Position numbers and translations under genes: made by a program
Notes under the pieces: generated by a model
Told to the model about the DNA's origin: nothing
What the model saw: only the letters and a program-made list of their open reading frames with translations
The model's database searches: none
Virus record (IMG/VR): IMGVR_UViG_3300005805_000013
Span: 1 to 32,763 of that record
Direction: 5' to 3' (one strand)
DNA length: 32,763 bases
Source of the DNA: a virus
Lineage: Duplodnaviria; Caudoviricetes
Shown here: positions 17,569 to 27,642 of the stretch, in pieces
How the letters are laid out: each line of letters starts with the position of its first letter
How positions within the stretch are numbered: position 1 is the first letter of the stretch

Positions 17569-20500
17569 ATGGCAAATACAAGTATTAGAGTTGATACCGT
17601 TGGACTAGGCATAAATTGGGCCTTAGGTGAAACCTATCGTGTGCAAATGGATGAAGGATTCATTCGCCAAAGTGACGGACTACAATTACCTATCCGTGGT
17701 AATAATAGTATTATGACTTTCAGCACCCCTGCCAACCCACCGCAGATCGCTAATACCATCCCAACACATACATCTACAGCGCCAATTAACATAACAGACA
17801 TCAGCTTTACTATTGATCGTAGCGTTGGTAATCTAACAGTATTAGGTGGCAATGTCTTTCTAAATAGACAAGGTAGTCCCAATATAGTCGTTAAAACTTT
17901 TGCTGTAAGTAATGCCAGTATCACAGGTAATACTGTAGCATTCAGCGTAATTGGTAATCTAGAAGCCAGCCAAACTTATTTCATTACCAGCAACGCAAAT
18001 ATATTCTTAGATCGTGACGGATTCAAAAACAATGCTATCACCAATAGCAGTTCATTCCGTTTCATTAGTCCTACAGCACCAACAGTCACAGCATTTACAC
18101 CAGGTAATGCTACAGTAGCAAGTCGCAATTTTACTAATGTTGCCATTGACTTCGATAGAACGATTTTTTCTAATTCTGGTAATTTATTCTTACACAATGC
18201 CAATACCAATGCAGTGATTAGACGATATCCAATCTCATCTGGATTGATTAGCAATAACAAAGTTACATTAGATGTCGTTGGTAATATAGCCGGCGATGGT
18301 TATTATTATATTACCAGCAATGCCAATGTGGTTATGGATGTCACACAGATCAAATATCCTGGACTAACCAATGCTTCAACATTCACATTCAAAGCACCTG
18401 TTAGTCCATATTTGGAATCTACAGTGCCAACTAACGCAACAACTTCAGCATCTAGAAGTCTAACCACAGCATCATTTACATTAGACAGAACGGTAACAGC
18501 AGTAAGTGGTAATGTCTATCTATACGAACAATCTAGTCCAAATGTTCTGTTAAAAACTTGGACTATTGGTAGTAATGTGTCATTTAATAATGACAGGACA
18601 TTTAGTGTAACTGTACCACAAGGTATGCTGGCACCAACACAGGCATATTATGTAACTACTGATGCTAACATAGCCAAAGATCTAACACATATTAATTTTC
18701 CTGGCATCAGCACCATTGGTAATACATTTACATTTACCACTGATGTTGCACCACTGATATCTACATTTTCACCAACATATATGGAAGCCATTGATGAAAC
18801 TAACAACACTATCAGTTTCACAATGGATAGAACTGTAAACAAAAATGTTGGCAACATATACCTATATAAAAATGATATAGTTAATGGCAATACTTTAATT
18901 TTTACCTATAATTTAATTTCTAATACCACTCTTACTACCAATACTACAATTAGCGCCAATGTAGCGGGTAAATTATTAGTAATGGAAAAATATTTTGTTA
19001 CTACAGATCCTGATTTACTAAGCGATTTTACCACAGGAGAAAAATTCCAAGGTATATTAAATGCTAATACTTTTGTGTTTACTACAGCAGTAGATAGAGA
19101 ATATTATGCTAACGAGTTTAGGAAATTGTTTCCAAATAATGTACCTCAGATTACAGATGCAAATAGCGCCTCTACATATTCAATTACTATTACAATGTCT
19201 AACAATATTGGACAAATACAACAACTCTCTGAAAACTTTGCAAGTCCAGCCGGTTGGAATTCTGGTACACGAACATATACTATTACCGGCACAAAAACAG
19301 ATTGTAATACTATCCTAGCTAATTTATATTACTTTCCAAATAAAACTGTTACCAGCAATTCAACTATAACTTATAGTCAAAGCAAGGATAGTGTGTTACA
19401 AAAAACACTTACATTTACCTTGTTTGGCCGCAACAGTATTGTTGATTTCTTAACAGGATATAATAATACCTACACTGTAGCAGAAGATAGTAAATTTAAC
19501 TTTATGCAATTTTATATGTATCCACAATGGGATGCAAATGTTGCAGTTATGTTTAAGAGTATAGATTCGGTATCTGGCAATATTGTTACAGAAGCGGGAA
19601 CATTTAATGCAAATACAGCCTCAGGATGGACAGCACCATATGATGGTGTTATACACAAAACATTCAGTCGTCCGGCAAATATTTCAGTTTACAATAGCCA
19701 ATTGGCAGAAATCCGTGATATCTATTATTGGTTAGGCAGTGATTATACATCAAATGTAAAAATAGATGCCCTAGTCGGTATTGAGAGCACAGTAAGTGGA
19801 AATACTTTAATTGGAGGGACTGTTTATAGCGGCTCCAACTATTATACTATTACTCCATCAGGTGAATATAGTTTATTAACATCAGGCACATATTCAGAAG
19901 ATGGAAGTGTATCTATTAGTTTAAGTATAACGGATGCTGATGTTCATCCAACAGTGACCTATAATGTGCAGATGCAACAAATTAGTCCTGATCCTGGATT
20001 AGTTACCGGTGCGTTTACAAGTCCTGGGTATGGTACAAAACAATGGGGTAGTATCAGTGACACACAAGCCAAGAGTGCTTGGAATGCGGTAACCTATTAT
20101 GCACCAGCTGATTATACAGGCAATATTTTAATTGGTGCTACGATAACAAAAATACAACCAGGTCTGGCCAATGTAACATTGGCTAGTAATGTGGCTATAG
20201 AATTAACTAATAGTGTATCACATAATGAATATGTATTAAATTTTACAGGCACGCCGTTTGTTTACACTGCTACCTACGAAGAGGATACCAAAGTTATATT
20301 TGATTATGATATTATTGATCAGGATCCTTCAAATCCTACCTATTATGTAACCTTTAATCAAATTAGTCCTGACCCCTCAACACATCCTATGGATTTCATC
20401 CGCGACGAAACTGTTCCATATAATGACAATTATATATTTTATGGTAACACGCAAAGTATCAGTGGTAGCAAATCATATATTGTTAATGCGGTCAAGGGAT

Positions 20501-22587
20501 TCTATCCTCCAGTAGATTATACAGGTAATATTGTATTTGGATTTACACAGATTAAAAGTTCATACAATGGTAATATCACACAAGCCAGCAATCTTGTGGT
20601 AACTTATACAAATGTTGCATCTCACGATGAATATGCTAATCTAACCACTGCTGGTAGTTATGCAGAAGATATTAATATACCAATAACAGCAAATATCACA
20701 GATACTGACACAAGATTTACATCTTATTATCTAACATTTGATCAGATCAGTCCTGATCCAATAACATATCCTGCTAATGTATTAATTGGGAATACTTATA
20801 TAGGTAGTAATGGTACAATATTTAACACTAGAACATTTCTTAATAGTCAGACTAAACAAATTATTCCTCCTGTAGATTGGACGGGTGATATAACATTTGG
20901 ATTTACACAGAAAAAATCTACAACTTATGGTAATATCACTCAAGCCAGTAATATTGGTATGACATTTAACAATAGCACTACACATTCTGAGTTTAGTTTA
21001 GTTAGTCCTATAATATTAGAAAGTGAAATTGAACAAAACTTTGATAGCATAGTTCAGATTACAGACCAAGCATCTAATAAACAATATTCAGTAACATTTA
21101 CTGCTAATACATTCCCAGGTAATTTATATCTTAACAATGTCTTGCAGTCAAAAACAATCACATTCACAGGAAATAAAAATCAAGTAAATGCTAATATCGC
21201 TAATCTTGCAATAATGGCAGACTTTACATTGTCTAATGCAAGTTCAACTATATTTTATACACAATCTCAGACTACTGATAATTTATCACAGGCTATAGCA
21301 GTACCAATTAATGCAAATATTATTCCTTCAACATATTATACTCTATCAAGTAACATTTTCTTAAAGGAATCATTCCAATTTGGATATACGAACCCGGAGC
21401 TACCATTTGACGGATATACCAACTCATTAGGTAATGTAATTCAAATATCCAATGTCGCTGGAAATGTTAGCGTAACAATTTCACAAACATCAAATATAGG
21501 ACAATTCTTAACAGGATTAGATCGATTTGGAAATGTTGCTCTATCACCGCAAACTGGTAATTCTATTGTTCTTTATGGAAATACTTTAACCGTTTCTGGG
21601 AATGCTTTTAATGTATCAGCTAATTTAGGAACTATTAGATTTGATACCTATACCGGTAGTAATGCTAATATCCAATCAACCACATTTAATTTTGTAGTAA
21701 CAAGTGCAACAAGAGGAAGCAATCATCCTCTTGGAAATGTTATTCTAAATACATCAAGAACATCAACAGTTCAATGTAATTTTGAGATTGGTGATTATGT
21801 GCCAAGTATGGGCGGATATTTCTTCGGATATTATAGAGATCCATTATTTGATGGATTTGGAAATCCAATTAATTACGGACCAATTAGTCATTATTTAATT
21901 TTATCACCTAGCAGTGCTGAATTTGAAGCAAATTTATACACAAGTGGAAATACATTAGTTGGTGCTTCGTATGATTCCTCAATATATAACTATCCTGATA
22001 ATGACTATACTGGTATATATTGGCAAGATGGTAAAAGAATGACTGATTGGTGGTATACAAACTTTGGTAATCTATCACCAGCCGCGGATACAATAAAATC
22101 TACCACGATAAGTGGCTTTAGTGATTGGTATTTGCCAAGTGCTCGTGAACTACTATTAATGTTTAGTTTGTTCAAACCTGTGAGTAATGTATATTCCGAT
22201 TGGGATGTTAGATTTTCAAATGGAGGGTTTGGTGGTTATAGTCCCTCAAACTGGGAAACAAAATTTAGGCTTTTGCCAGATGATGGTGCATTTAGGCAAA
22301 ATAGAGGTGGTGGTGTCGAATGGCCTTGGTGGGTTCATTATGCTACTGACAACACCAATCATTGGGGCTACATACCACAGACTCCTTATCCAGAATTCCA
22401 ATCAGGAAATAGCCAGGCATTTTCTAATAATATAAGCATATACTATGCATCTTGCACTTATATTCCGGGTAGTATGTTTATGCCTTTTATTCAATTAGGT
22501 AGCGGATTCAAAGTTGAAGGATCCCTTCGTCAGAATACTGCAAGTTTCAAATTGAAATGGCGTCCAATACGAAGACATCCAATATAA
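17569..22587 (+). CDS. Large adhesin-like tail protein: four Big_5-type repeats, cadherin-like repeats and a C-terminal DUF1566/Lcl-like domain
   Basis: Repeats P..P..N....F..DR....GN..L...YY.T.DAN..D....G....F.F; repeats ED..I.D.D..Y...QISPDP...P.D(Y/W)TG.I; C-terminal GFSDWYLPSARELLLM...WRPIRR. Confidence 0.8.
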   Translation: MANTSIRVDTVGLGINWALGETYRVQMDEGFIRQSDGLQLPIRGNNSIMTFSTPANPPQIANTIPTHTSTAPINITDISFTIDRSVGNLTVLGGNVFLNRQGSPNIVVKTFAVSNASITGNTVAFSVIGNLEASQTYFITSNANIFLDRDGFKNNAITNSSSFRFISPTAPTVTAFTPGNATVASRNFTNVAIDFDRTIFSNSGNLFLHNANTNAVIRRYPISSGLISNNKVTLDVVGNIAGDGYYYITSNANVVMDVTQIKYPGLTNASTFTFKAPVSPYLESTVPTNATTSASRSLTTASFTLDRTVTAVSGNVYLYEQSSPNVLLKTWTIGSNVSFNNDRTFSVTVPQGMLAPTQAYYVTTDANIAKDLTHINFPGISTIGNTFTFTTDVAPLISTFSPTYMEAIDETNNTISFTMDRTVNKNVGNIYLYKNDIVNGNTLIFTYNLISNTTLTTNTTISANVAGKLLVMEKYFVTTDPDLLSDFTTGEKFQGILNANTFVFTTAVDREYYANEFRKLFPNNVPQITDANSASTYSITITMSNNIGQIQQLSENFASPAGWNSGTRTYTITGTKTDCNTILANLYYFPNKTVTSNSTITYSQSKDSVLQKTLTFTLFGRNSIVDFLTGYNNTYTVAEDSKFNFMQFYMYPQWDANVAVMFKSIDSVSGNIVTEAGTFNANTASGWTAPYDGVIHKTFSRPANISVYNSQLAEIRDIYYWLGSDYTSNVKIDALVGIESTVSGNTLIGGTVYSGSNYYTITPSGEYSLLTSGTYSEDGSVSISLSITDADVHPTVTYNVQMQQISPDPGLVTGAFTSPGYGTKQWGSISDTQAKSAWNAVTYYAPADYTGNILIGATITKIQPGLANVTLASNVAIELTNSVSHNEYVLNFTGTPFVYTATYEEDTKVIFDYDIIDQDPSNPTYYVTFNQISPDPSTHPMDFIRDETVPYNDNYIFYGNTQSISGSKSYIVNAVKGFYPPVDYTGNIVFGFTQIKSSYNGNITQASNLVVTYTNVASHDEYANLTTAGSYAEDINIPITANITDTDTRFTSYYLTFDQISPDPITYPANVLIGNTYIGSNGTIFNTRTFLNSQTKQIIPPVDWTGDITFGFTQKKSTTYGNITQASNIGMTFNNSTTHSEFSLVSPIILESEIEQNFDSIVQITDQASNKQYSVTFTANTFPGNLYLNNVLQSKTITFTGNKNQVNANIANLAIMADFTLSNASSTIFYTQSQTTDNLSQAIAVPINANIIPSTYYTLSSNIFLKESFQFGYTNPELPFDGYTNSLGNVIQISNVAGNVSVTISQTSNIGQFLTGLDRFGNVALSPQTGNSIVLYGNTLTVSGNAFNVSANLGTIRFDTYTGSNANIQSTTFNFVVTSATRGSNHPLGNVILNTSRTSTVQCNFEIGDYVPSMGGYFFGYYRDPLFDGFGNPINYGPISHYLILSPSSAEFEANLYTSGNTLVGASYDSSIYNYPDNDYTGIYWQDGKRMTDWWYTNFGNLSPAADTIKSTTISGFSDWYLPSARELLLMFSLFKPVSNVYSDWDVRFSNGGFGGYSPSNWETKFRLLPDDGAFRQNRGGGVEWPWWVHYATDNTNHWGYIPQTPYPEFQSGNSQAFSNNISIYYASCTYIPGSMFMPFIQLGSGFKVEGSLRQNTASFKLKWRPIRRHPI

Positions 22588-22600
22588 TTATATTTTCAGT

Positions 22601-22645
22601 CATAAATACTACTACAGCAAGCGCCTCAGTGTTTGCTGTATTTTT
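22601..22645 (+). promoter_or_regulatory. Putative late promoter CATAAATA followed by a 12-bp hairpin and U-tract
   Basis: ATAAATA 22602-22608; TACAGCAAGCGC-CTCA-GTGTTTGCTGTA-TTTTT at 22613-22645. Confidence 0.55.
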
Positions 22646-22662
22646 CCTTCAGGAGAGCGACT

Positions 22663-23160
22663 ATGGCAGGCGTCTTAAACTTTGATCAGTACCTTGGCGG
22701 TGCAGATCAACTAAAAATCAAACAAGTATTTCCAAACGATCAAACAACCTTACAATATAGCTATGCACAAAACATAACTGGTTGGGCATTTGATCTACAA
22801 CAACAAACCCTAGTGGTTGATAAGGTAGCATTTAACCGCAACACAGGGCAACCTAATTTTTCAGACAGCACTGTCATTGGATTTTTCCCTGCAACCAATA
22901 TCAGTTCAGGTAATGTTACTGTGGCTAATACAGCTATTGGCACAGTAAATGTAACTCTTCCAAAAAATCTATACACTGGTCCCATTATTCCAGATGCACG
23001 CAAGAATGTACCAATCACGGTAGTCAGCCTAAGTTGGACAGATGATGCTAGTCCACCAGAAGTCCGCACACATCGCTGGGCACTTGTGCAGAGTTGGGAG
23101 CCAGGTGTTACTCCAGGTGATCCTATCGCTAGCACTAATCCGTTATATACGGCACTTTAG
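22663..23160 (+). CDS. Fibre adaptor/baseplate upper-type structural protein (165 aa)
   Basis: AGGAG RBS supports ATG 22663; beta-rich; directly upstream of the fibre gene. Confidence 0.65.
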   Translation: MAGVLNFDQYLGGADQLKIKQVFPNDQTTLQYSYAQNITGWAFDLQQQTLVVDKVAFNRNTGQPNFSDSTVIGFFPATNISSGNVTVANTAIGTVNVTLPKNLYTGPIIPDARKNVPITVVSLSWTDDASPPEVRTHRWALVQSWEPGVTPGDPIASTNPLYTAL

Positions 23161-23169
23161 GAGACTACA

Positions 23170-26145
23170 ATGGGATATACAGTAACCATAACTGAACTAA
23201 GCAGTAATGTCAGTGTCATTTCGGAATCAAATCCAAATATCAATATCAGCACAACAGAATATCCTGTTGAGATCTATTACGACAGTATAACCACACAGGG
23301 CAATATCGGTCCGCAAGGACCAAAAGGTGACACTGGTGCTACAGGCGCAACTGGAGCCACAGGACCCCAAGGCATACAAGGAGTAAAAGGCGATACAGGT
23401 GCTACGGGAGCAACTGGTGTTAGTATTAGTAATGCCGCTGTCAGTGGTGATAATCTAGTCATTACATTTTCAAACAGTGCTGTAATCACAGCAGGTAATG
23501 TTCGCGGACCCCAGGGCCCACAAGGCATTCAAGGGAATGTAGGAGCCACTGGTGCAACTGGTGCTACTGGGGCTACCGGCGCACAGGGGCCACAAGGCAT
23601 ACAAGGAAATGTTGGTGCTACTGGTGCTACTGGAGCTACTGGTGCCCAAGGAGAACAGGGCATACAAGGGATACAAGGCATACAGGGCAATACTGGCCCC
23701 CAGGGCCCACAAGGCATAAAAGGCGATACTGGAGAACAAGGTGCCGCACTAACTATCATTGGCACTGTGGCTAATGTAGCAAGTTTGCCGGGCTCAGGTA
23801 ATATCGGTAATGCTTATATCATCGCAACCACAGCTTCAGAACCTGAAGCTGGTAATCTATATGTATGGAGTGCGACAACTAACACTTGGGCAGATGTTGG
23901 ACAGATAGTAGGACCCCAGGGCCCACAAGGCATACAGGGGATACAGGGCATACAAGGTAATACTGGCCCCCAAGGTGAACAAGGCATTCAAGGCATACAA
24001 GGAATCCAAGGAAATGTGGGTCCACAAGGCGAAACTGGACCGCAAGGACCGCAAGGCATTCAAGGAATTCAAGGAAATGTTGGTGCTACAGGAGCGACTG
24101 GTGCAACTGGTGCAACTGGACCGCAAGGCATACAAGGAAATACTGGTGTTAGTATTAGTAATGCTACAGTAACAGGTGATGACTTAGTAATAACTTTTAG
24201 CAATGCCGCAGTCATTACCGCAGGTAATGTTCGCGGACCCCAGGGCCCACAAGGCATTCAAGGGAATGTAGGAGCCACTGGTGCAACTGGAGCTACTGGT
24301 GCCACGGGCGCGACAGGTGCTACCGGCGCACAAGGACCTGTGTTTGGTCAGGTGTTAAATTACGATACATCTACAGGAACAACCAGTTGGACAGCAGGAA
24401 TATTCCGTTATAGTGGTAATACTCCTTCTACAATTGGCTTTGTCCGCATAGCATTAAACATTGGCAATCCAAGTAGTGTAGCTTGGGTAGGAACTTTAGC
24501 CGCCAGTGATACTATCTATGTAACCACATCGACAGGCAGTATTCAAAACACATTTAAGGTAGTATCTGTCACAGAACAAGGTGATTATTATGATGTAGCG
24601 GTTACATCAGGTAGCGGTAGTGAGCCTACAAATGCCACAAATTATTATCTATGGTATGCAAGAGCTGGTGCTACAGGCGCAACTGGCGCAACTGGAGATA
24701 CTGGTGCTACGGGAGCGACTGGGGCACAAGGCATTCAGGGCCTGCAAGGAAATGTTGGCGTTAGTGTAAGTAATGTCCAAGTAATCAGCAGTAATCTACA
24801 GGTAACTTTCTCAAACGCTACAAGTATTTGGGCAGGCACTGTAGCAGGTAGTGGTCTAACTGATATCATACAAGACACTACACCACAACTTGGTGGTAAC
24901 TTAGATCTAAACGATAAAATTATCACAGGTAATGTATTTGGCAAAGGTATGCGTGTAGAGTTTCCAAGCAACCTAACAACTGCATATTTTGAATTTAATT
25001 CTACTGCTCCTGGATTAGGCTACTACGCGGGTGACAATGAGCAGACCTATGTGCGATTTGTTGCTAATGTTAATAGTGGTGCTAACAATAGTTATGATAT
25101 ATTACGCATACAAAATCTTAACAATGGTGCCAATGCTGAAGCTAGATTAACAATGTTGAATAATGATGGCACCAAACAACTTGTTCTCTATCAATCAAAT
25201 GACAACTATGTCAATAGTGCTATTCCAATAGTCGCAGGTAATGATGGTGGATTAGCCAAACTGGGTGGTGATTTACATCTACAGGCTATCAAATCTAACT
25301 TTAGCACACAAGGCAATATCGTGATGTCAGGTCTGTTTACCAGTAACAAGGCATTTAACTTTAACCTTGAGACTGGAGATTTAACCGCAGGATTTGGTAA
25401 CATCCATTTAGCTTCAGGCAAAGGTGTTTACATTAATGGTGTAGAACTAACTGGTGGTGGAAGTGGAGGTAATTACAGCAATACTAATGTTGCCGCGTAT
25501 CTAACAAGCCAAAGTATAACATCATACGGTAACACTAATGTTGCCGCATACCTAACTGCCAATCCACAACCAGGCACTTATTCAAATACCAATGTAGCCA
25601 GTTACTTGGTGGATAATCCACAACCAGGAACTTATTCAAATACCAATGTAGCCAGTTACTTGGTGGATAATCCACAACCAGGCACTTATAGTAATACGCA
25701 AGTCCAAAGTTATCTAACCACCCAAGGCATCACAGCCTATGGTAACACACAGGTAGCTAGTTATCTCGCAGGCAATGTTACTGTTGGTAATATAGCAGGT
25801 AAGACAAGTGGATTTACTATTGGTTATCTAGAAATGCCACAGGTTGCGGCGGCTAATGTTACACTTGCACTTAGTGACAGTGGTAAGCATTTCTATGATA
25901 CCAGCACAGCACCAATCACGGTTACTATACCAAATAATGCCAATGTGGCATTCCCAATTGGCACAGTGATAACCTTAGTAAATCACAGCACAGGCAATCT
26001 AATAGTTGGTAGAGAAAATGCCGCTAACCTATACTTAGGTGGTAACGCAACTTCAGCAGGTAGGACTATTACCACATTTGGTGTGGCTACTTTACTTAAA
26101 GTAAATACCAATGATTGGTTTATTAATGGTACAGGAGTAGTATAA
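23170..26145 (+). CDS. Tail fibre with collagen-like Gly-X-Y repeats
   Basis: Long GPQ/GAT/GIQ runs, DTTPQLGGNLD motif, YSNTNVASYL repeats, C-terminal T.TIP.NA.VAFPIGT...WFI.G domain. Confidence 0.9.
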   Translation: MGYTVTITELSSNVSVISESNPNINISTTEYPVEIYYDSITTQGNIGPQGPKGDTGATGATGATGPQGIQGVKGDTGATGATGVSISNAAVSGDNLVITFSNSAVITAGNVRGPQGPQGIQGNVGATGATGATGATGAQGPQGIQGNVGATGATGATGAQGEQGIQGIQGIQGNTGPQGPQGIKGDTGEQGAALTIIGTVANVASLPGSGNIGNAYIIATTASEPEAGNLYVWSATTNTWADVGQIVGPQGPQGIQGIQGIQGNTGPQGEQGIQGIQGIQGNVGPQGETGPQGPQGIQGIQGNVGATGATGATGATGPQGIQGNTGVSISNATVTGDDLVITFSNAAVITAGNVRGPQGPQGIQGNVGATGATGATGATGATGATGAQGPVFGQVLNYDTSTGTTSWTAGIFRYSGNTPSTIGFVRIALNIGNPSSVAWVGTLAASDTIYVTTSTGSIQNTFKVVSVTEQGDYYDVAVTSGSGSEPTNATNYYLWYARAGATGATGATGDTGATGATGAQGIQGLQGNVGVSVSNVQVISSNLQVTFSNATSIWAGTVAGSGLTDIIQDTTPQLGGNLDLNDKIITGNVFGKGMRVEFPSNLTTAYFEFNSTAPGLGYYAGDNEQTYVRFVANVNSGANNSYDILRIQNLNNGANAEARLTMLNNDGTKQLVLYQSNDNYVNSAIPIVAGNDGGLAKLGGDLHLQAIKSNFSTQGNIVMSGLFTSNKAFNFNLETGDLTAGFGNIHLASGKGVYINGVELTGGGSGGNYSNTNVAAYLTSQSITSYGNTNVAAYLTANPQPGTYSNTNVASYLVDNPQPGTYSNTNVASYLVDNPQPGTYSNTQVQSYLTTQGITAYGNTQVASYLAGNVTVGNIAGKTSGFTIGYLEMPQVAAANVTLALSDSGKHFYDTSTAPITVTIPNNANVAFPIGTVITLVNHSTGNLIVGRENAANLYLGGNATSAGRTITTFGVATLLKVNTNDWFINGTGVV
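23491..24290 (+). repeat. 71-bp exact direct repeat within the fibre gene (23491-23561 and 24220-24290)
   Basis: GCAGGTAATGTTCGCGGACCCCAGGGCCCACAAGGCATTCAAGGGAATGTAGGAGCCACTGGTGCAACTGG occurs twice. Confidence 0.9.
25561..25689 (+). repeat. 54-bp tandem repeat (about 2.4 copies; NPQPGTYSNTNVASYLVD)
   Basis: Units start at 25561, 25615 and 25669; the first two differ by one base. Confidence 0.9.
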
Positions 26146-27017
26146 TGTCAGGCATTAGCGGAATGATGTTTGCAGGTTTCGCTCCGCCTGCCGCGGCAGT
26201 TGCCAGCGATACCAACACAGTGGTATTATTCCACTTTGATGGTGCCAATGCTTCAACTACTATAACCAATAGTGTCTCAGGCGGTCGCTCCTTTACTAAA
26301 GGTAGTTATGCAGGAACTTTTATTACCACAGCTGATTTCAAATTTGGTAATGCAAGTTATCGTAGCACACAAACAAGTTCATCAGGTGCTAGCAATGCAG
26401 GTATCTATCCCACAACCAAGACACTAGTTGATGGTAGTTGGGTTCCGCGAGATTATTGGTGGGCTAATGACACTACCTGCGAAAGTTGGGTTTACCTGCG
26501 TAGCAACACAGCAGGTGGACAATTTATTATTTGGCACGGACTAGGAACTCCCCGATTCAATGCAGGCTTTTGGAACACTGCCAGTGGTGCTAGTATGAGC
26601 TTTGATGTTGAGATGAGCTTAGGTGGTAGCAGTGCTACCTATTCTGCTGGTAGCAATGGTGTTGGTTATTATTATCTCAAATGGACTATTGGTAACAGCA
26701 TATTAAACACTTGGGCACATATCGCTTTGGTAAGAACAGGCAGTGCCTTAAAATTATTCATTAATGGAACAGATCAGGGCAATGCTTCAGTGACTTCAGG
26801 TACTGGTAGAACATCAGCTAATATATTTGCTACAACCAGTCCTTATGTTGGTACAGGTGCAGGTGTTACTGCTAACTTGGCCATTGGTGACATCGGCGGA
26901 CCTTATACCGATTATGGATTCCGCAACAGTAATATGGATGAATTCCGCTTTAGTAACGGTATAGCTCGTTACACATCAACATTCTCTGTACCAACAGCGG
27001 CATTCCCAGATGTATAG
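26145..27017 (+). CDS. LamG/concanavalin A-like domain protein (probable receptor-binding)
   Basis: NTVVLFHFDG, KFGNAS, TCESWVY, TWAHIALVRTG..LKLFING, MDEFRFSNGIARY, FSVPTAAF. Confidence 0.85.
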   Translation: MSGISGMMFAGFAPPAAAVASDTNTVVLFHFDGANASTTITNSVSGGRSFTKGSYAGTFITTADFKFGNASYRSTQTSSSGASNAGIYPTTKTLVDGSWVPRDYWWANDTTCESWVYLRSNTAGGQFIIWHGLGTPRFNAGFWNTASGASMSFDVEMSLGGSSATYSAGSNGVGYYYLKWTIGNSILNTWAHIALVRTGSALKLFINGTDQGNASVTSGTGRTSANIFATTSPYVGTGAGVTANLAIGDIGGPYTDYGFRNSNMDEFRFSNGIARYTSTFSVPTAAFPDV

Positions 27018-27025
27018 GATAATGT

Positions 27026-27247
27026 ATGTCAACAATTAAAATTAATCTAAATGGTGAAACGGTTGCATTCAATTGTTTCATAGCAGGCGGTGATGTCTGT
27101 CCCGAGATAAGATTAAATCACGATGCTTGGCCAGAATATGTCATAGTAGAAAATGTTTCTAATTATACAGCCTGGCAAGAAGTTATGTTAGATGTATTTG
27201 CACAATGTGGTGCAGATCTGACTAAAATAACTTTTGAAAATATCTAA
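27026..27247 (+). CDS. Hypothetical protein (73 aa)
   Basis: AGGA RBS; last gene of the structural operon. Confidence 0.7.
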   Translation: MSTIKINLNGETVAFNCFIAGGDVCPEIRLNHDAWPEYVIVENVSNYTAWQEVMLDVFAQCGADLTKITFENI

Positions 27248-27642
27248 CCCTTATAGTTAGGATCGTTGTACCAAGCAATCCTTACCTTGTCCTTGCCTTT
27301 TTTGCTATTTTTGTGTAGTAGTTCGCCTGTCTTGGGATCATAGATACGCATACAGGTATGACATTCACAATGCCAAGTTGGAGGTTGATTCCTTACTTGG
27401 ATTTTCTTGTAACTACAGATTTGATGCACTACCTTACCACACCACGCACAAGGAGTGACACAGGCACTATCTTTGTATTTGAGAATACGCGGACCTAATT
27501 GTGGGTTAGGTGTATAGGCTTGGGTAAATTCTTCTTTGCCGTTACTAGGTTTGATTCGTTCAATAGTGTTATCTTGGCTAAGGCTTGGATACACCCATTC
27601 TGCTACTTCACTTAATTTTTGTTCTAATTTTTTTGAATCCAC
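27244..27642 (-). CDS. Putative zinc-finger protein (132 aa)
   Basis: CAWC...CECHTC cysteine pattern; GTG start with AGGA upstream; the only sizeable minus-strand ORF not overlapping a plus-strand gene. Confidence 0.75.
   Translation of the reverse strand: MDSKKLEQKLSEVAEWVYPSLSQDNTIERIKPSNGKEEFTQAYTPNPQLGPRILKYKDSACVTPCAWCGKVVHQICSYKKIQVRNQPPTWHCECHTCMRIYDPKTGELLHKNSKKGKDKVRIAWYNDPNYKG

Noticed and set aside
17555-17569. Stop-codon readthrough or an alternative genetic code joining the two large tail genes
   Set aside because: The ORFs are 11 nt apart (out of frame), the second has its own RBS, and TAA, TAG and TGA all end genes normally elsewhere.
21772-22587. DUF1566/C-type-lectin-like C-terminus as the target of a diversity-generating retroelement
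   Set aside because: No reverse transcriptase and no template repeat resembling the 3' end of the gene was seen in the genome. Trans-targeting cannot be excluded but is unsupported.
25561-25689. CRISPR-like array
   Set aside because: The repeats are contiguous, in-frame coding units with no unique spacers; no cas genes.
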